Assembly (NCBI GenBank): GCA_011109175.1
Contig: RDEW01000009.1
Location: 640,875-704,874, forward strand
Direction: 5' to 3'
Length of the DNA: 64,000 nt
Origin: Dicyema japonicum
Lineage: Eukaryota; Animalia; Dicyemida
Of this stretch, positions 1 through 13,330 are shown piece by piece. A program made the translations under genes and the position numbers. The notes under the pieces are model-generated. The model was not told the DNA's origin and made no database searches. It saw nothing but the letters and a program-made list of their open reading frames with translations. The first letter of the stretch is position 1; each line of letters starts with the position of its first letter.

Positions 1-499
1 TAATTTTCTCGGTATGAAACTAATGAGGTACTTTTAGATCTCCCAGAAAGGGTGAACCTTACTGTCTATGGAACCAATGTAGGTTGGATCCTCCCCGACG
101 TGAATACTTTTCAAATAACTTGGTACGTTGTACAAATTGCTTCAAACGAAACCTCTTTTGCCATGAATTTAACATTGGGTGGAAAATCTCACCATGTCGA
201 CATGAAGGCAAACGTGGAAAAAGCAGGGACCTACGTCATTACAGTGTGGGCGGTTAACGAGGTCGGAAGTTCACTACCGTCTACTACATCCATAGATATT
301 TTTGGTTAGTGCACGTGGGTGACCGTATAGAATATAGTAAAGCCACCATGAAGAATAATACCACAATATATATTGTTGTGGGGTTTATTGGAGTCGTTGC
401 TGCTTTTATAATTACTGGATCATATTTGTTTTAAATCGGAAAAGAAAGTTAATACATTGCAATAGAATTGAATTTCTAAGTGTCCTTGAGATTTCATAG
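1..499 (+). CDS. 3' end of a fibronectin type III-domain type I membrane protein (partial)
   Basis: ORF 52..309 reads as FN3 (YVITVWAVNEVGSSLPS). 26-nt GT-AG introns at 12-37 and 305-330. The next exon encodes a hydrophobic segment (IYIVVGFIGVVAAFIITG); one base is missing near 418, after which IFVLNRKRK follows. Confidence 0.7.
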
Positions 500-645
500 A
501 TTTGACGTATATTCTCTTTATTTTCTGTTAATCATCTTAATAAGAATTAACCACGTCGTATTTTATTATTATTGTTGGCACTTACAGCTTCTTTCATTTT
601 TTGGCTACTCTTTGCCATGTCCCGTATCCTGTCAAAGTCTCTCCG

Positions 646-734
646 ACCTTGATGCGTTTCTCGATTACGCCGTATTTTGTGAAGATTAAATCCTTCCCTA
701 CCTTGATGCGTCTCCTGATTACGCCGTATTTTGT
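646..734. repeat. Short direct repeat, two ~35-bp copies 54 bp apart
   Basis: ACCTTGATGCGT..GATTACGCCGTATTTTGT starts at 646 and at 700. Confidence 0.8.
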
Positions 735-1430
735 AATAATTGGTTAGTTAAGTAACCCCGACCTCACTAACTTGTAAGAGACCAGTGGCTATTAAGTAGG
801 ACGCAGCAAATGCCGTTCATTCCCATAGATCAGACAGTCTGGCATTGTAGACGAACATTGTACTAATTTAGGAGATTATAAAAAATGATTTGCTGTCAAC
901 TCAGAGAGGTTACAAAAGGAACAGACGACATCTTTTACATTGTCCAGTTTGCATACGTACGTCTGTAGAGAGGGGTGGTGCCCACATCGTAGACGAGCCA
1001 GGTTTACCCAGATGCCCTTCGGAAAAGAAGACTCATATTGGTCTATTGGAGGCAAGGGCTGATTTAGTATTTTATTATCACCGAGTCTTCGGATGGTTCT
1101 CGTATAAACATAATCGTGTATCTGTTTCAGACAACCCGAGTCAGGCAATGTCTGCTCATCTTTTTTTACTAGCAATCTAAACATCTGTAGCTTTATCCAA
1201 ACAAAACTGAAGCATGTAACTTCACTTCGTCGGTCACAAAATCTACATAGTCCTCATAGATTAGTTTAACTAAAAGTCCGTTTAGGTAACCAATTCTTTC
1301 CGAACGTCCATCAAAGTAGCTTCCAAACTAATCGCAAAAAGAACCTCCGAAAGTGAATCACCATGAGAGTACCAATACCAGTCGTAAATGTTTCTAAATA
1401 ACTTTTATCCATCTTCAACTTAAGACGAGT
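735..1430 (-). mobile_element. 3' fragment of a non-LTR retrotransposon (Ingi/I-type C-terminal zinc knuckle)
   Basis: ORF 876..1184 has LARLRCGHH...CSFCNLSELTANHFL, a typical ORF2 C-terminal CCHC region. Confidence 0.7.
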
Positions 1431-1564
1431 AAGTAAGTAAGTTATATTATAAAGAAAAAACACTGTAAATTAACGATGGGAGAAGTAATATAAAACGGTA
1501 GGGCATGCCAACGACTTCTAACCCGACAGTCTCAACCAAAAAATTGGTAAACACAGTCATCTCT

Positions 1565-1795
1565 GAAGATATGTGCCAGATACTTTAGTGCGATTTTTGT
1601 AACCTCGAATAAATTTTCGATGTTCCGCCAACCTTGCACATTTTTCCTTCCAACCATAGGGAATTGGCATACGAGGACGAAGATATGTGCCAGATACTTT
1701 AGTGCGATTTTGTAACCTCGAATAAGATTTTCGATAGTTCCGCCAACCTTGCACATTTTTCCTTTTAACCATAGGGGAATTGGCATACGAGGACT
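1565..1795. repeat. Tandem duplication with a ~114-bp unit inside the LINE
   Basis: GAAGATATGTGCCAGATACTTTAGTGCG...GGCATACGAGGAC starts at 1565 and at 1679. Confidence 0.9.
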
Positions 1796-3997
1796 TATCC
1801 CGTAAGCAAGCTTTAGAGCAAAATTTCTTGAAGATAGAGTCTCTTTTTCGAATCGTACCATCCTTCTAAACCGTATAGCATTGCAGGTAGTATTGTAGTG
1901 TTGAAGACATAAACAAAGGTCTTCCGGCTCGAGCTTTTAAATTTTCTAACGCAGTAAAGAGCGTTCGTAGCTTTTTTCTTTCGTATTTTAGCATATTCCA
2001 TAAATTACCTCCCTCGTCAATTAGGAGGCCAAGGTATTTCATAGTCTTCTTCCGAGGTATGTCTTTAACAAGCTCTTTAGGTTAGTTATCCTCCTGCTTC
2101 CAGTTTATCCTCAGCATACCAGACTTCTCACGTGTCACCAAAAGGAAGATTTTATTGCACCACTTTTCAATCTGGTCCATGTACGTTTCCAAACGTTTCT
2201 CAGATACCAAACGGTTTGAAGAAGCATCATAAATTATGACGTCATCAGCGTATATCAAGATTTCTGTACGTGGGTTTTCTGGGGAAGGCAATTCACTCAT
2301 TACAATGTTAAATAATAGAGGACTGAGCACTGAACCCTGAGGTACACTCTTCTCAAACCAAATTTACGAGATTCATAGTTTAAAAAATTAACAATTGTCC
2401 GTCTATCCGAGAGCAAACTTTGTATCCAAAAATAAAGTTCCTTTTCAACACCACATTTCGCAAGACAAATAAAAAAGACCAAGATGCCACACACTGTCGA
2501 AAGCTTTGATATATCAAGGCAGACTGCGGTCAAACACCTTTAGTTTCCAAAGCCTTCACAATTGATGCGTTAACACTGTACAAACAATCTCCACAAGACC
2601 GATCTTTCGAAAACCTTACTGATGCTCCTTTAGTATATCATTACATTCTATATTTCAGAAAGTCTGTTGAATGCAATTCTTTCCATAACTCTTGAGATCG
2701 TTGGTATAAGGTTTATGGGCCTATAACTGGTTGTTAAATACCCAGGTTTCCCAAATTTACGTATCATCCTGACCTCCGTCAATTTCCAATGCGAAGGTAT
2801 ATGACCAAACCTGATACTGCACGTATAGAGTACCTGGGGTGCTTCCTTGAATAAACGAATAGCGATCTAGTCCAAAAGTATCTGGGTGCTTCCTTTCATA
2901 AAGTACCTGGGGTGCTTCCTTGAATAAACGAATAGCGATCTTGTCCTTTCAAAAAGCATTGTCTTTAGTGCATTTTACCGCATTTTCAACTTCTCCCGCA
3001 TTTATAGGGCTGTGACGTAGAGGTAAAGAACTAATTATTTTTCCAGCTTTTCTTTCAGAGAACTGAGGGTCAAGCAAGACAGTCGCTCATCAGGGTTAAC
3101 CTGCTGTATTTTCGAAGAGTTCATTCCCAAACAGGTTAGGAATTTCTTCTAAAGATACCATCATGACATTGCAACAGTGGAATTTCTTTTCTGGATTTAC
3201 GTCCGGTTACTTTATTATAGACTTTCCAAAAGTTTGGGTTTTTTCGATACAATTCGCTGCACTGAGCTATCGAAAAATTATTCTTCTTAACTTTTTCTAA
3301 TCTGCATATTTTTTGCGTGATCATCATAATTTCTTGCTCTATGACCCTCGGTCATGCGGATCAAAACATCGACGTAGTTTTTTTAAGCATTGTTTATTTT
3401 TCAAAAAGACTATAAAATTTTTGGTGTCAATGGAGAATTCCGATTACAAAAATTCCCAAAATGTTCCAAATATATAGCAATGCTTATTCGGTAATGGTCC
3501 CAGTATATACTTGTCAGATCATAGCGTACTAGACAGGCTTGACTTCTAAAGGAGCTAGGTTGAGTTTATGAAGGATTGGTAGATGATCACTACCAATATC
3601 ACCAAGCGTATTCTGTCGTTCCAAAATTGATGAACAGATTCCGATATTAACGCCATTCCCAAATAATCCCAGCCTCTTGGAGAATAGTAATTCGGGGTCA
3701 AGGATATCACAACAGAAAACCCGGAAGACACAGACAAATCTTTCAAAATAAGGCCGTTTCTATTCGTCCCCAGACAACCAAACGAGGTATCTTTGGAGTT
3801 TAAGTCCCCCAAAAGGATCGAGAACGGTGCATTTTCATCATGAAAAAACTTCTCGATAAGATAAGGATACGAAGATAATTTTTTAGAATACATTCCTCCA
3901 ATTTTCATCCTCATATTTTTCATCGTACTTCCAGGGAAACAAACTCACACAATTCTTGGGATTTGATCTTCAGCTTACGAACCCTAAGATTTAGTAT

Positions 3998-4306
3998 AAT
4001 AATAAAAGCCTTTTCACGAGAGTATTTATATCTCCGCATAGGCAGGACACACACTTTATTTAAGTAAAGAACAGTTAATTTTAACTAATCGTAGAACCAA
4101 GGATTGATCTTCACTTCTTTTTTTTTCTTGTGTGGGTCCTTTCCAGACAATCCAGTTCCGTAGTGAGTATCCACTGATGACGGCGTCACTCGTCAATCCC
4201 TTTTAGCATCGTAGATGCGTGGAACTTTTCACCAGGTGAACAGCAGCGAGATTCGAACCCGTAACCTAAGCCACTTAAGCCCGACACCTAACCACTATGC
4301 CACCGT
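3998..4306 (-). mobile_element. tRNA-derived SINE with 13-bp target-site duplication
   Basis: Minus-strand head GGTGGCATAGTGGTTAGG (A box)...GGGTTCGAATC (B box) and a (TAT)n tail. Flanked by TAAGATTTAGTAT at 3985-3997 and 4307-4319. Homologous to 61294-61610. Confidence 0.9.
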
Positions 4307-5639
4307 TAAGATTTAGTATGTAGAACAAAAATGTACTCATTCCTGCAACCGAACCAGACTTCCATTCAATATCAAAGAGAACAATATCAGAACTTCATAC
4401 TTGTAGAACCTTCGCCTCTCCAAAAATGAGGGCCTATAGGTTTCTGACGTAAAGTCCTTTTTCGGCACAAATATAAACCAGCTGTCAACAGCATTTATCA
4501 ATTCCAAGTCTGCAACTGGGCCTTCCACCAGATTAGGAGTACCGACAGTATTTCTTTTGTTCATGTAATTGGAAACAATGTTTGTATAGTCAGAGGCTCT
4601 ATTAGTATCCACGGTCGACACTTTCGCGTCCATTTGGGTTGAAAAATCACACTTTATGGGGTGTGTAGATTTCCTTAAACACTTTCAACAGCCTCAGCTT
4701 TAACCACTTAACTGGTCGAAACATTTTCTTAGTCATGTCTTTTGTTCTTTTTTCAAAGGCAGCCTTTGCTGAAAACAACCATCATACAAGCCAAATTACC
4801 AACTTTCCCGCATTTAATGCATTTCCTTTCACTATCCATAGCCAAACAAGAGTTCAAATTGTGCTCTCCACCGCAAATTAAGCACCTTTCCATTTCCTTG
4901 CAGAAATTCGCAATGTGCCCAAATTTTTGGCATCGGTAGCACCTAGTTACCGGTTTTCTGTAAAATTCAAAACGAACTCTCTGGAACCCAAACACCATCC
5001 CCAGCCTCACTTTTGACGTGGTTTTGAATCTAGACTTTAAAGTTAATTTTCCAACAGGAAGAGAGCGCCCATCCTTCAAAAAACGTTAAAAAAAAAAACC
5101 AGGTCGTAGAGTTTCAATAAAATAAAGATTCAAGTCTTCATCTGAGGCCCAAAAATGGATTCCCTTCACAACAACAGTTGAAGGATATAGGAAGGAAGTG
5201 GTAAAAACATTTCCATCAATACCAAATCGCTCTCAAGCCATAATCATCGACACAATCGTCGATATCTCTATTGAGACAAATTCAAGCGTAAATATGCCTG
5301 AATTCCTTAATGAAATTCGTTCCTTACTGGCTGTCGCTGTGTTTGTTAGTATGTTAAAACGTTTAATCCATCCCAAAGCCATATTTTTATTTTCCAGATT
5401 TACTACAAGAGAATCATAAGCAAGTTAGACGAAACAGCTTGTCCTGATATAACAATGTCATATAGTTCTTTGGTGGGTATTTCAATCCCCTTCTTTGATT
5501 TAGACTTCACTGTCGGTTTACCTTCATTAGCCAATTTTCCTTTTTTGGTTGTTGAAACTTTCCCAACTTTTCCTTTTGTCGAAATTTTGACACACATAAC
5601 GCAATTATTGTATATTATCTCTTCAGACGAGTATCTGCC

Positions 5640-6100
5640 AATAATCATATAATCCTTAGGCAGTCTTGTCAATAAAGTCCTTGAGAACAAGCAGTAGTTT
5701 ATTTTAATAAACCAAAAACCTTCGATAAGTCAACGTTCAGAATTTACATCATTTTCTGTGTTTATGGCATATAGTCGTAAGCCAACGATGACTCTATCAG
5801 ATGTTGACCTTCCTTGTCTAACTCTATTTTAATTCCGCTATAAATATCAGTCAACATAACTTGATACCCGACTCAGTTTTTCGTAGACACGTTAATAGAA
5901 ATATAGGCCTCAGATTCTTGAGTGGCCCTGCAATTTTGCCAGGTTTTATAAAGGCAGTAATATTCCCATTAGGATGCCAACTGGACAATGAATCTTGAAT
6001 ATTTTATTAACATTATTTTTTGACAACATGATTTTTTGGCCGTATCGTCTATTTCAGTAATTCTACGCAAATAATGTCAAAGTCAGCCTCTTAGTTATTA
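5640..6100 (-). mobile_element. RTE-clade RT fragment
   Basis: Minus-strand translation KPGKIAGPLKNLRPIFLLTCLRK and ILNVDLSK, homologous to the RT at 32053..33276. Confidence 0.65.
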
Positions 6101-6126
6101 TTCAAGCGCTTTTTTGAAATTGTGCC

Positions 6127-6445
6127 GCGTGGCGCCATGTGGTGCTTCGTGGCTAATTGGCTGAAGTTTCTGTTTGTTCGTCCGTTCCTCCTCTCTCTTC
6201 CTATTAGAGTGGCGTCATGTGATCCACCTGTTTAGGTGGCGCCGAGTGCAGACCGGCACGAAAAAGGATCATTTGCTCTCCCCCACTCCACTGGAGGGGT
6301 TTCTACAACTGCAAGTATGGACGTCTTACCCATTATGTTGATTCAGGATGGTCTCTGTTTCTGTAGAAGTGAAAACTGGATACACTTAATTAGTTGTTTA
6401 CTTTAACTTCTTTCTCGGTGTATCCGGGGTTAATAAATAATAATT
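6127..6445 (+). mobile_element. Short non-autonomous retroelement, family A (ribozyme-like motif plus LINE-type 3' end)
   Basis: Colinear and highly similar to 23000-23320 and to 58561-58783 (reverse); ends CCGGGGTTAATAAATAATAAT. Confidence 0.85.
6211..6271 (+). ncRNA. Candidate HDV-like ribozyme motif
   Basis: P1 GGCGTC/GGCGCC, P2 TGATCC/GGATCA, P3 ACC/GGT, P4 TGC/GCA, J4/2 CGAAAAA. Confidence 0.55.
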
Positions 6446-7379
6446 TAAGCGCCTATTATTAGATGGTGAGGGTAACTACTCTGCCTAATAGCCCCCTCTA
6501 TGAAGCCATGAACAAATATTTTAAAAATTATCCTAGATACGAGATAACCACATTTTATTTCTGCAGAGCCATCCAGGATTCTGTCCATGTCAGATAGGAC
6601 CTCCCCTGTGTAGGTCTGGAATCACATAGTTTGTTGGGAACTCTCTATTTTTTTCAAATCGTAGACGCTTTATTAAGTGAACAAGGATCTCATTCGAACT
6701 GTGAAAGAGATAAATGTCCATCCCGATTAATTTGTCTGCTAAAGTGGTTAACTATGAGGCCTGCAAGGCGTTTAGTGTCCAACACAAACTGACCGAACTC
6801 GTTCTGTATTTTAAATTAGTTTTAGCTGATCTTCGTTTAAAGATTCGTACAGCCATAAATATTTTTGTACATAAATGAAGTTTTTCATTTTCAACATTTT
6901 TTTCGTTCGGAAAGTCCGGCCTTTATTGTCGAACTCTGTTCCTGATCTGGGGTGGAATTGTATTCCTTAATTTTTAGTTCAGCTTTTCGTTCTGGGTTAC
7001 AGGTTTAGATTCTAGGCCTAATGTCCCGTTGACGGATAGATAATTCATTGACCGTAGAGTTGTAAGCACCTTTGTATTTTACTTTTATTTCTTCTACGGG
7101 TTCCAGCCGTTTCTTTAACGGTCAACGTTAAAAATTGAGTGATTCTTTCACATATGACATGAGGTTTACCGACCACGAAGACTTTATATTCATCCATTTT
7201 CATCTAAGATCTGTCGAGGAAAGCATCATTATTTACCAGTTCTTCAACCACAATTTTTTATTCCTTCTGGCCTAGCATGGTTCACATAAGTTATTCCATA
7301 AAACCTAGGAGTCTTAGCCTGCTGAGTCTTAGCTATTTGTCAATGTTCCTCCATATGAACGAAAGTTCACTAGTAGTAT

Positions 7380-8060
7380 TGTGAATGTTTGTTAACACAC
7401 ACTATAGTGGATTTAGTTGAAAAAATTTATTTCCTCTCATTTATTTTTTCTGCGGCCTTTTCCATAGAAACAAATAATGGGTATTTCAGAAGTCTATCAG
7501 ATATGTTCCAGCAATAAAAATTAGTCTGCAAAGTTGAGATTATATTTCGAATAGATCGAATAAAAATCATCAAGCTCATCTATTGAGGCTGTTAATCTTC
7601 CTGTGTGAAGAGCATACACATTAATGATTGACATAATTGATTTCTTCTTACTTTATCTAATATCCAATTGGATGATAGCAATTCACCCATTAACTTCATT
7701 GCATATATACAGATTGACGTTTAAACTTCCGTTTAGAATTCATCACATATTCTCCAGTTTGAATGTTGACTCTTAAATCTAATGGATTAACTAACTTTTG
7801 CATATGAAAATAACGAAATAAGTTTACAGGCAGTCATTTCACGGGATATTGGGGTATCCACTTCGGCTGTCCGTTATAATATGCTCTTCGCGTTTAGGTC
7901 ACTACCAATTATCGTGTTTTCCAATCTGGTCGGGGCGGTAGCCGTTGGGGCATGACGGTGGAGGGAGTATGTACATATTAGCAACTGTCAATCGGCATTA
8001 GGCTTACATTAGAATCTGCTCTTCAATTTACACTTCAACTGTGCAACCTGAATATACGAA
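7380..8060 (-). mobile_element. Degraded APE endonuclease fragments from two LINE families
   Basis: Minus-strand remnants resembling IINVYA...DFY and VANI...GSDLNAK. Confidence 0.45.
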
Positions 8061-8491
8061 TTTGTTGTATTCATCATCGATTTCCTCGTCCTATCCACAT
8101 GACTAAGACAATATTGGCTTAGTAACAGCAGTAGAATTAAGTCCTATATGGGTCACTTCCTCATTGCGAATAACGACGTTATGTTTTAAGTAGCAATAAA
8201 AGATCTTTCCTCTTAGGGTCTTCCCATACCGAGTCGGCTTCTAGTTCTCTTCGTGGTAACGATTCTTCCTCCAATAAATCCACTGCTCCCTAAAATCAGC
8301 AAAATCTTACCAAAAGGCATTTTCATGATAAAAAATTTCTTTTATGATTGAAAGCTAAGGAAAGTTTGGTCTTCGAATCTCTTTTCCAACACTTAGTTTA
8401 ACTTACAAGTTAGATATTCAGATTAATGAATAATTCATGAAACCAAGAAATTCCAAAATTCTATAAATATGATAACTATCAGTTAGCGGCA

Positions 8492-9866
<1,375 letters not shown>

Positions 9867-10779
9867 ATTAACTAACAAACTTCTAATAAATATTTTTTGG
9901 GGTATTAAAAAATTCACTATCTATTCAAAATTTCACCAATTCATCAGTCAATTAGAAAAATGACGGTTAAGCCAATATATCGCCAATCGAGCACAGAATT
10001 TATTCCCTTGCAAGACATACCGGAAAGTCCTAGTGGGAAATATTGACCTTGTGTTCCAGAAAACTACCTAATACGATTATTGACTTAGCTATACTAAAAG
10101 TTATACGGTTAAATTATTCACTTGGTGCTGCGAAGACGTACAAGAGATTATTTCTTTTTTTCTTATTTCCATCGGACATCTGTATTTCGACAATATTGTG
10201 TGAAAATATGTTAGTGATTATTGCAATTTCACCATATGGAGACTCAAATTTTTGAAGGGTAAAGATGGATTAGTCCCAAAATTTTTCATAACTCTGACAT
10301 TTTTTACAAATATTAATAAATTATAATTACCTTATCACCAGTTTTAAATGAATATTTGTATTGATGTATACCCATTTTTTATTCATTTTTTTAAATATGC
10401 TGAATCCAAATTTGGTGGATTGGATTCAAACTGAAATGACGTTTGTTCTAAATCAATATTATCTAAAAGAAAACCTTTTTGCCCATCTTGACCGGATGCA
10501 TGCTAGTCATCGCAATTTTTATCATTAAGTGATCTTTCACAATCTGAAAAAAATTGTATTAATCTCATTGAAACAACCTATATCTGTATTAATCTCATCG
10601 ACTACGGTGTTTTCACACAAGATGCTGTTGAATCCCTTAATTCCTCGATATTTGTAAATTGGAGTATTGCCTCAAAATAATTTAATTAAAAATTACCTGT
10701 TGATGTATGGGTATACAGATTATAAAAATAAACTGCTTCCTTTATGTTTTTAGTCCAACAACTATTTTCGGACATCATC

Positions 10780-11190
10780 TTAGATGATCCTGTTAAAGAA
10801 AATTGGAGATGAAGGAATCACCTTCCTTACGACTATCTTCAACTTTTTTTAATCAAAACGTAATACCATCAACTTGGAAGCAGGCGTACATTCGCCCAAT
10901 TCTCAAACCAGGGAAACCAAAGGAGGACCAGCGTCATTTAGACCTGTGCCCCTACTCTGATCAATATCAAAAGTCCAGGAAAAACTTGTGCTCACAAAAA
11001 TAAAAGGATTCCTACCGAATATGCCCTTCCAGATTGGCTTTAAAAATGAAAAATTTACGTCCACCCATCTACAAACTTTGACCAACTTCATTCGGGATGA
11101 ATGATCTTGTGATTGTCTGATTGAAGCGTTCGATAATCCCTTGACTCCTTGGATTGTTAGGCCTATTATGAATTTGTTGGACGTTGAAGC
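10780..11190 (+). mobile_element. Ingi-like LINE RT N-terminal fragment
   Basis: VIPSTWKQAYIRPILKPGKP...PFQIGFK. Confidence 0.7.
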
Positions 11191-11619
11191 GATCACATAA
11201 TGCTCTTACATGGGAATTTTAAATTCTGTCCCATTATCAGATTAAAGATATAATGTGATTTTCAGGATCAATTTGCTTTAGTGGAGTCGAAAAACGACAA
11301 ATGTCATATTCTGACACCACTTTCCGAATAATTTCTCTTTTCACGAAAAAATATCTTTGATTGCAATACTGTTCCAATGTGTTGTGTCCACAATGGGTAA
11401 ATTGATAATTTACGTAGCCATTAATTCCATCTTCATGATTATCAGAGATGACAATTTTGTAGTTTCCATTTGTGTCTTTAAGGTATAACCTTTTATTGAT
11501 GGATAAAAAAATTCTTTAAATTTTGAGTTAATCGGTATTTTTTGTTTTGTCATTAGATCAATCCCCTTCTTTTCCAATATTTTCATTATATCATGATATT
11601 CCTGGGTTGTTTTGACAAA

Positions 11620-12170
11620 ACACGAGCCATCAGCTTTCTTTGCCCGATGTTCCTCTCTCGATCCCACACATGTACGTATCGGGGACTTGTCTGGAGAGGT
11701 ACTTTGAGTCACCCCGAAATTTAGTCGCATGAGGATTCCAAAGGAGTCGGTCCGGATCCATGTTCTCCACAAGTCCATCGCTCCGTAATTCTGAACACCC
11801 TCTTCTGCATTTCCTCCACTTTTCTTTTATTTATATAAGATGGAAGGTCCTCACGAAGCGCATGCATATGAGATACATGGCTCGATGTACTGCTTGTATA
11901 TGTTCTTCAATACTGGGTGGGTACCGACCTTCCATATTCCAGGTCTTTAGAATATTAATTTTCCATTCGCATTTTGTGAGAATATTTTCAATATGAGGTG
12001 ATGAACAAAGTGCATATCAAATATCACTCCCAATATCCTCTGACATCTGTTGAAAGGGATATCGTCCATGTCTACCTTCAAGGTGACTGTCCTCTTTCCC
12101 AATCATTTGTCCGAGGTGAAAAGGGAAGTGATTGACTCTTCTGCACTCATCCTAAGCCGGTTTTCTATTA
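11620..12170 (-). mobile_element. Ingi-like LINE post-RT fragment
   Basis: Nucleotide homology to 30715-31000 (CCCTTTCAACAGATGTCA, TCTCATATGCATGCGC). Confidence 0.65.
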
Positions 12171-12185
12171 TCAAAACGTTTAGAC

Positions 12186-13330
12186 CAGAGCTTTTCAAAA
12201 AATAATTCCCGCGGCACACTAATCGTAAAAAAATAATCCACGGCACACATTAAAAAATTAAATTTTTAAGATGTGTAAAACTAAGTACAAAAATTGAGAA
12301 TTTAATGCCCAAATTTTTATTAATAATAAAAATAAAATCTTAATTATTATTGTTTTTGCATATATCATCAATATCAGGTCGAATGGTTGACAAAGCCACC
12401 CGCATTTCAGCATCAATGTTTCTCAAACTTTCACGTTTGTTATATTTCATATTATGCAGCGTAGAAAAACCTGTTTCGCATAAATAGGTCGTTGAGAACT
12501 GTAAAATTATGGTCAGTGCTTGTTTTGATAAACTGGGATATATGTTTCGAATATATATCCAGAATTCTCCAATGTCTAACTCCGTCATCATTAATTTTAA
12601 AGATCGATCATTAAACAGTGCAATAAGTTCTTCATTTTCTTTAACAGATAAGTGTTTTGATTCTGACACAAGAAAAGGATTTCGTATCTAAAAAATATTT
12701 AAAAAATAATAACCCAATCGAATTTTTCAATTTCTAAGTCTGGAAAATAAGCATCCATTTTGTTTTCCAAAATTATTAAATATTCATTAATCAGTCCCTG
12801 TATCGATTCACCATTATATCCTTATTATAATTAAAATATAAAATAAACCATTCGTATTAGGAAACATAGTATAATCGCCATCTAAAACCCTTTTTCTCCA
12901 AAAACTGATTTTCATTTTCAAAGAATTTAATTTGTCCGTCGACGATAAAATAGTCTCAGAACCTCCTTGCATACTTGCAATATTCTCCGACAAAGCACAA
13001 ATCCGACGAGAAACAGTGTTATCTGACAAAGGTATCTTCATTATTTTTTGTTCATATTTATGACCAAACATTGTCCGAGTAATAATACGACAAGCATGGA
13101 TTATCAAGTTTTCGCCAATATTGTGAGGTTTTAGTTGTTTTGCTATCAATTCTGAGATCAGGTATGAACATTTCAATGATTCCTTTGTGTTTACAAAAGT
13201 TTCACTGAACATCATTTGACTAGATCTACGATTCATAGTAAAAACTAAATAATACTTGTGTTGTTTTTTCAAATGGATAAAATAATCCACAGATTTTCGG
13301 AATAGTCCGGATTGGATTTTTTGAGAAGAT
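12186..13330 (-). mobile_element. Buster-type hAT DNA transposon, internally deleted; one terminus retained
   Basis: ORF 12340..12669 has the hAT dimerization motif FSTTYLCETGFS. ORF 12814..13458 has IAKQLKPHNIGENLI and PLSDNTVSRRI. Terminus CAGAGCTTTTCAAA at 12186 is preceded by GTTTAGAC (nnnTAnnn). Subterminal CGGCACAC repeats. Confidence 0.85.

Larger units (their letters stand above)
1490..5640 (-). mobile_element. Near full-length degenerate Jockey/I-like LINE (gag-like ORF1 plus APE-RT ORF2)
   Basis: CCHC knuckles CYRCQKFGHIANFC at 4753..5079; APE GDLNSK at 3555..3923; RT motifs CLDISK, LSPLLFNI and YADD at 2082..2533; many stops and frameshifts. Confidence 0.85.

Noticed and set aside
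4174-4200. Hammerhead-like CTGATGA followed by a small stem in the tRNA-SINE
   Set aside because: No GAAA after the stem and no stems I or III; it is also antisense to the SINE transcript.
9960-10255. Small gene immediately downstream of Hippo
   Set aside because: I could not join the ATG at 9960 to ORF 10043..10255 with an in-phase intron, and no homology was recognised.
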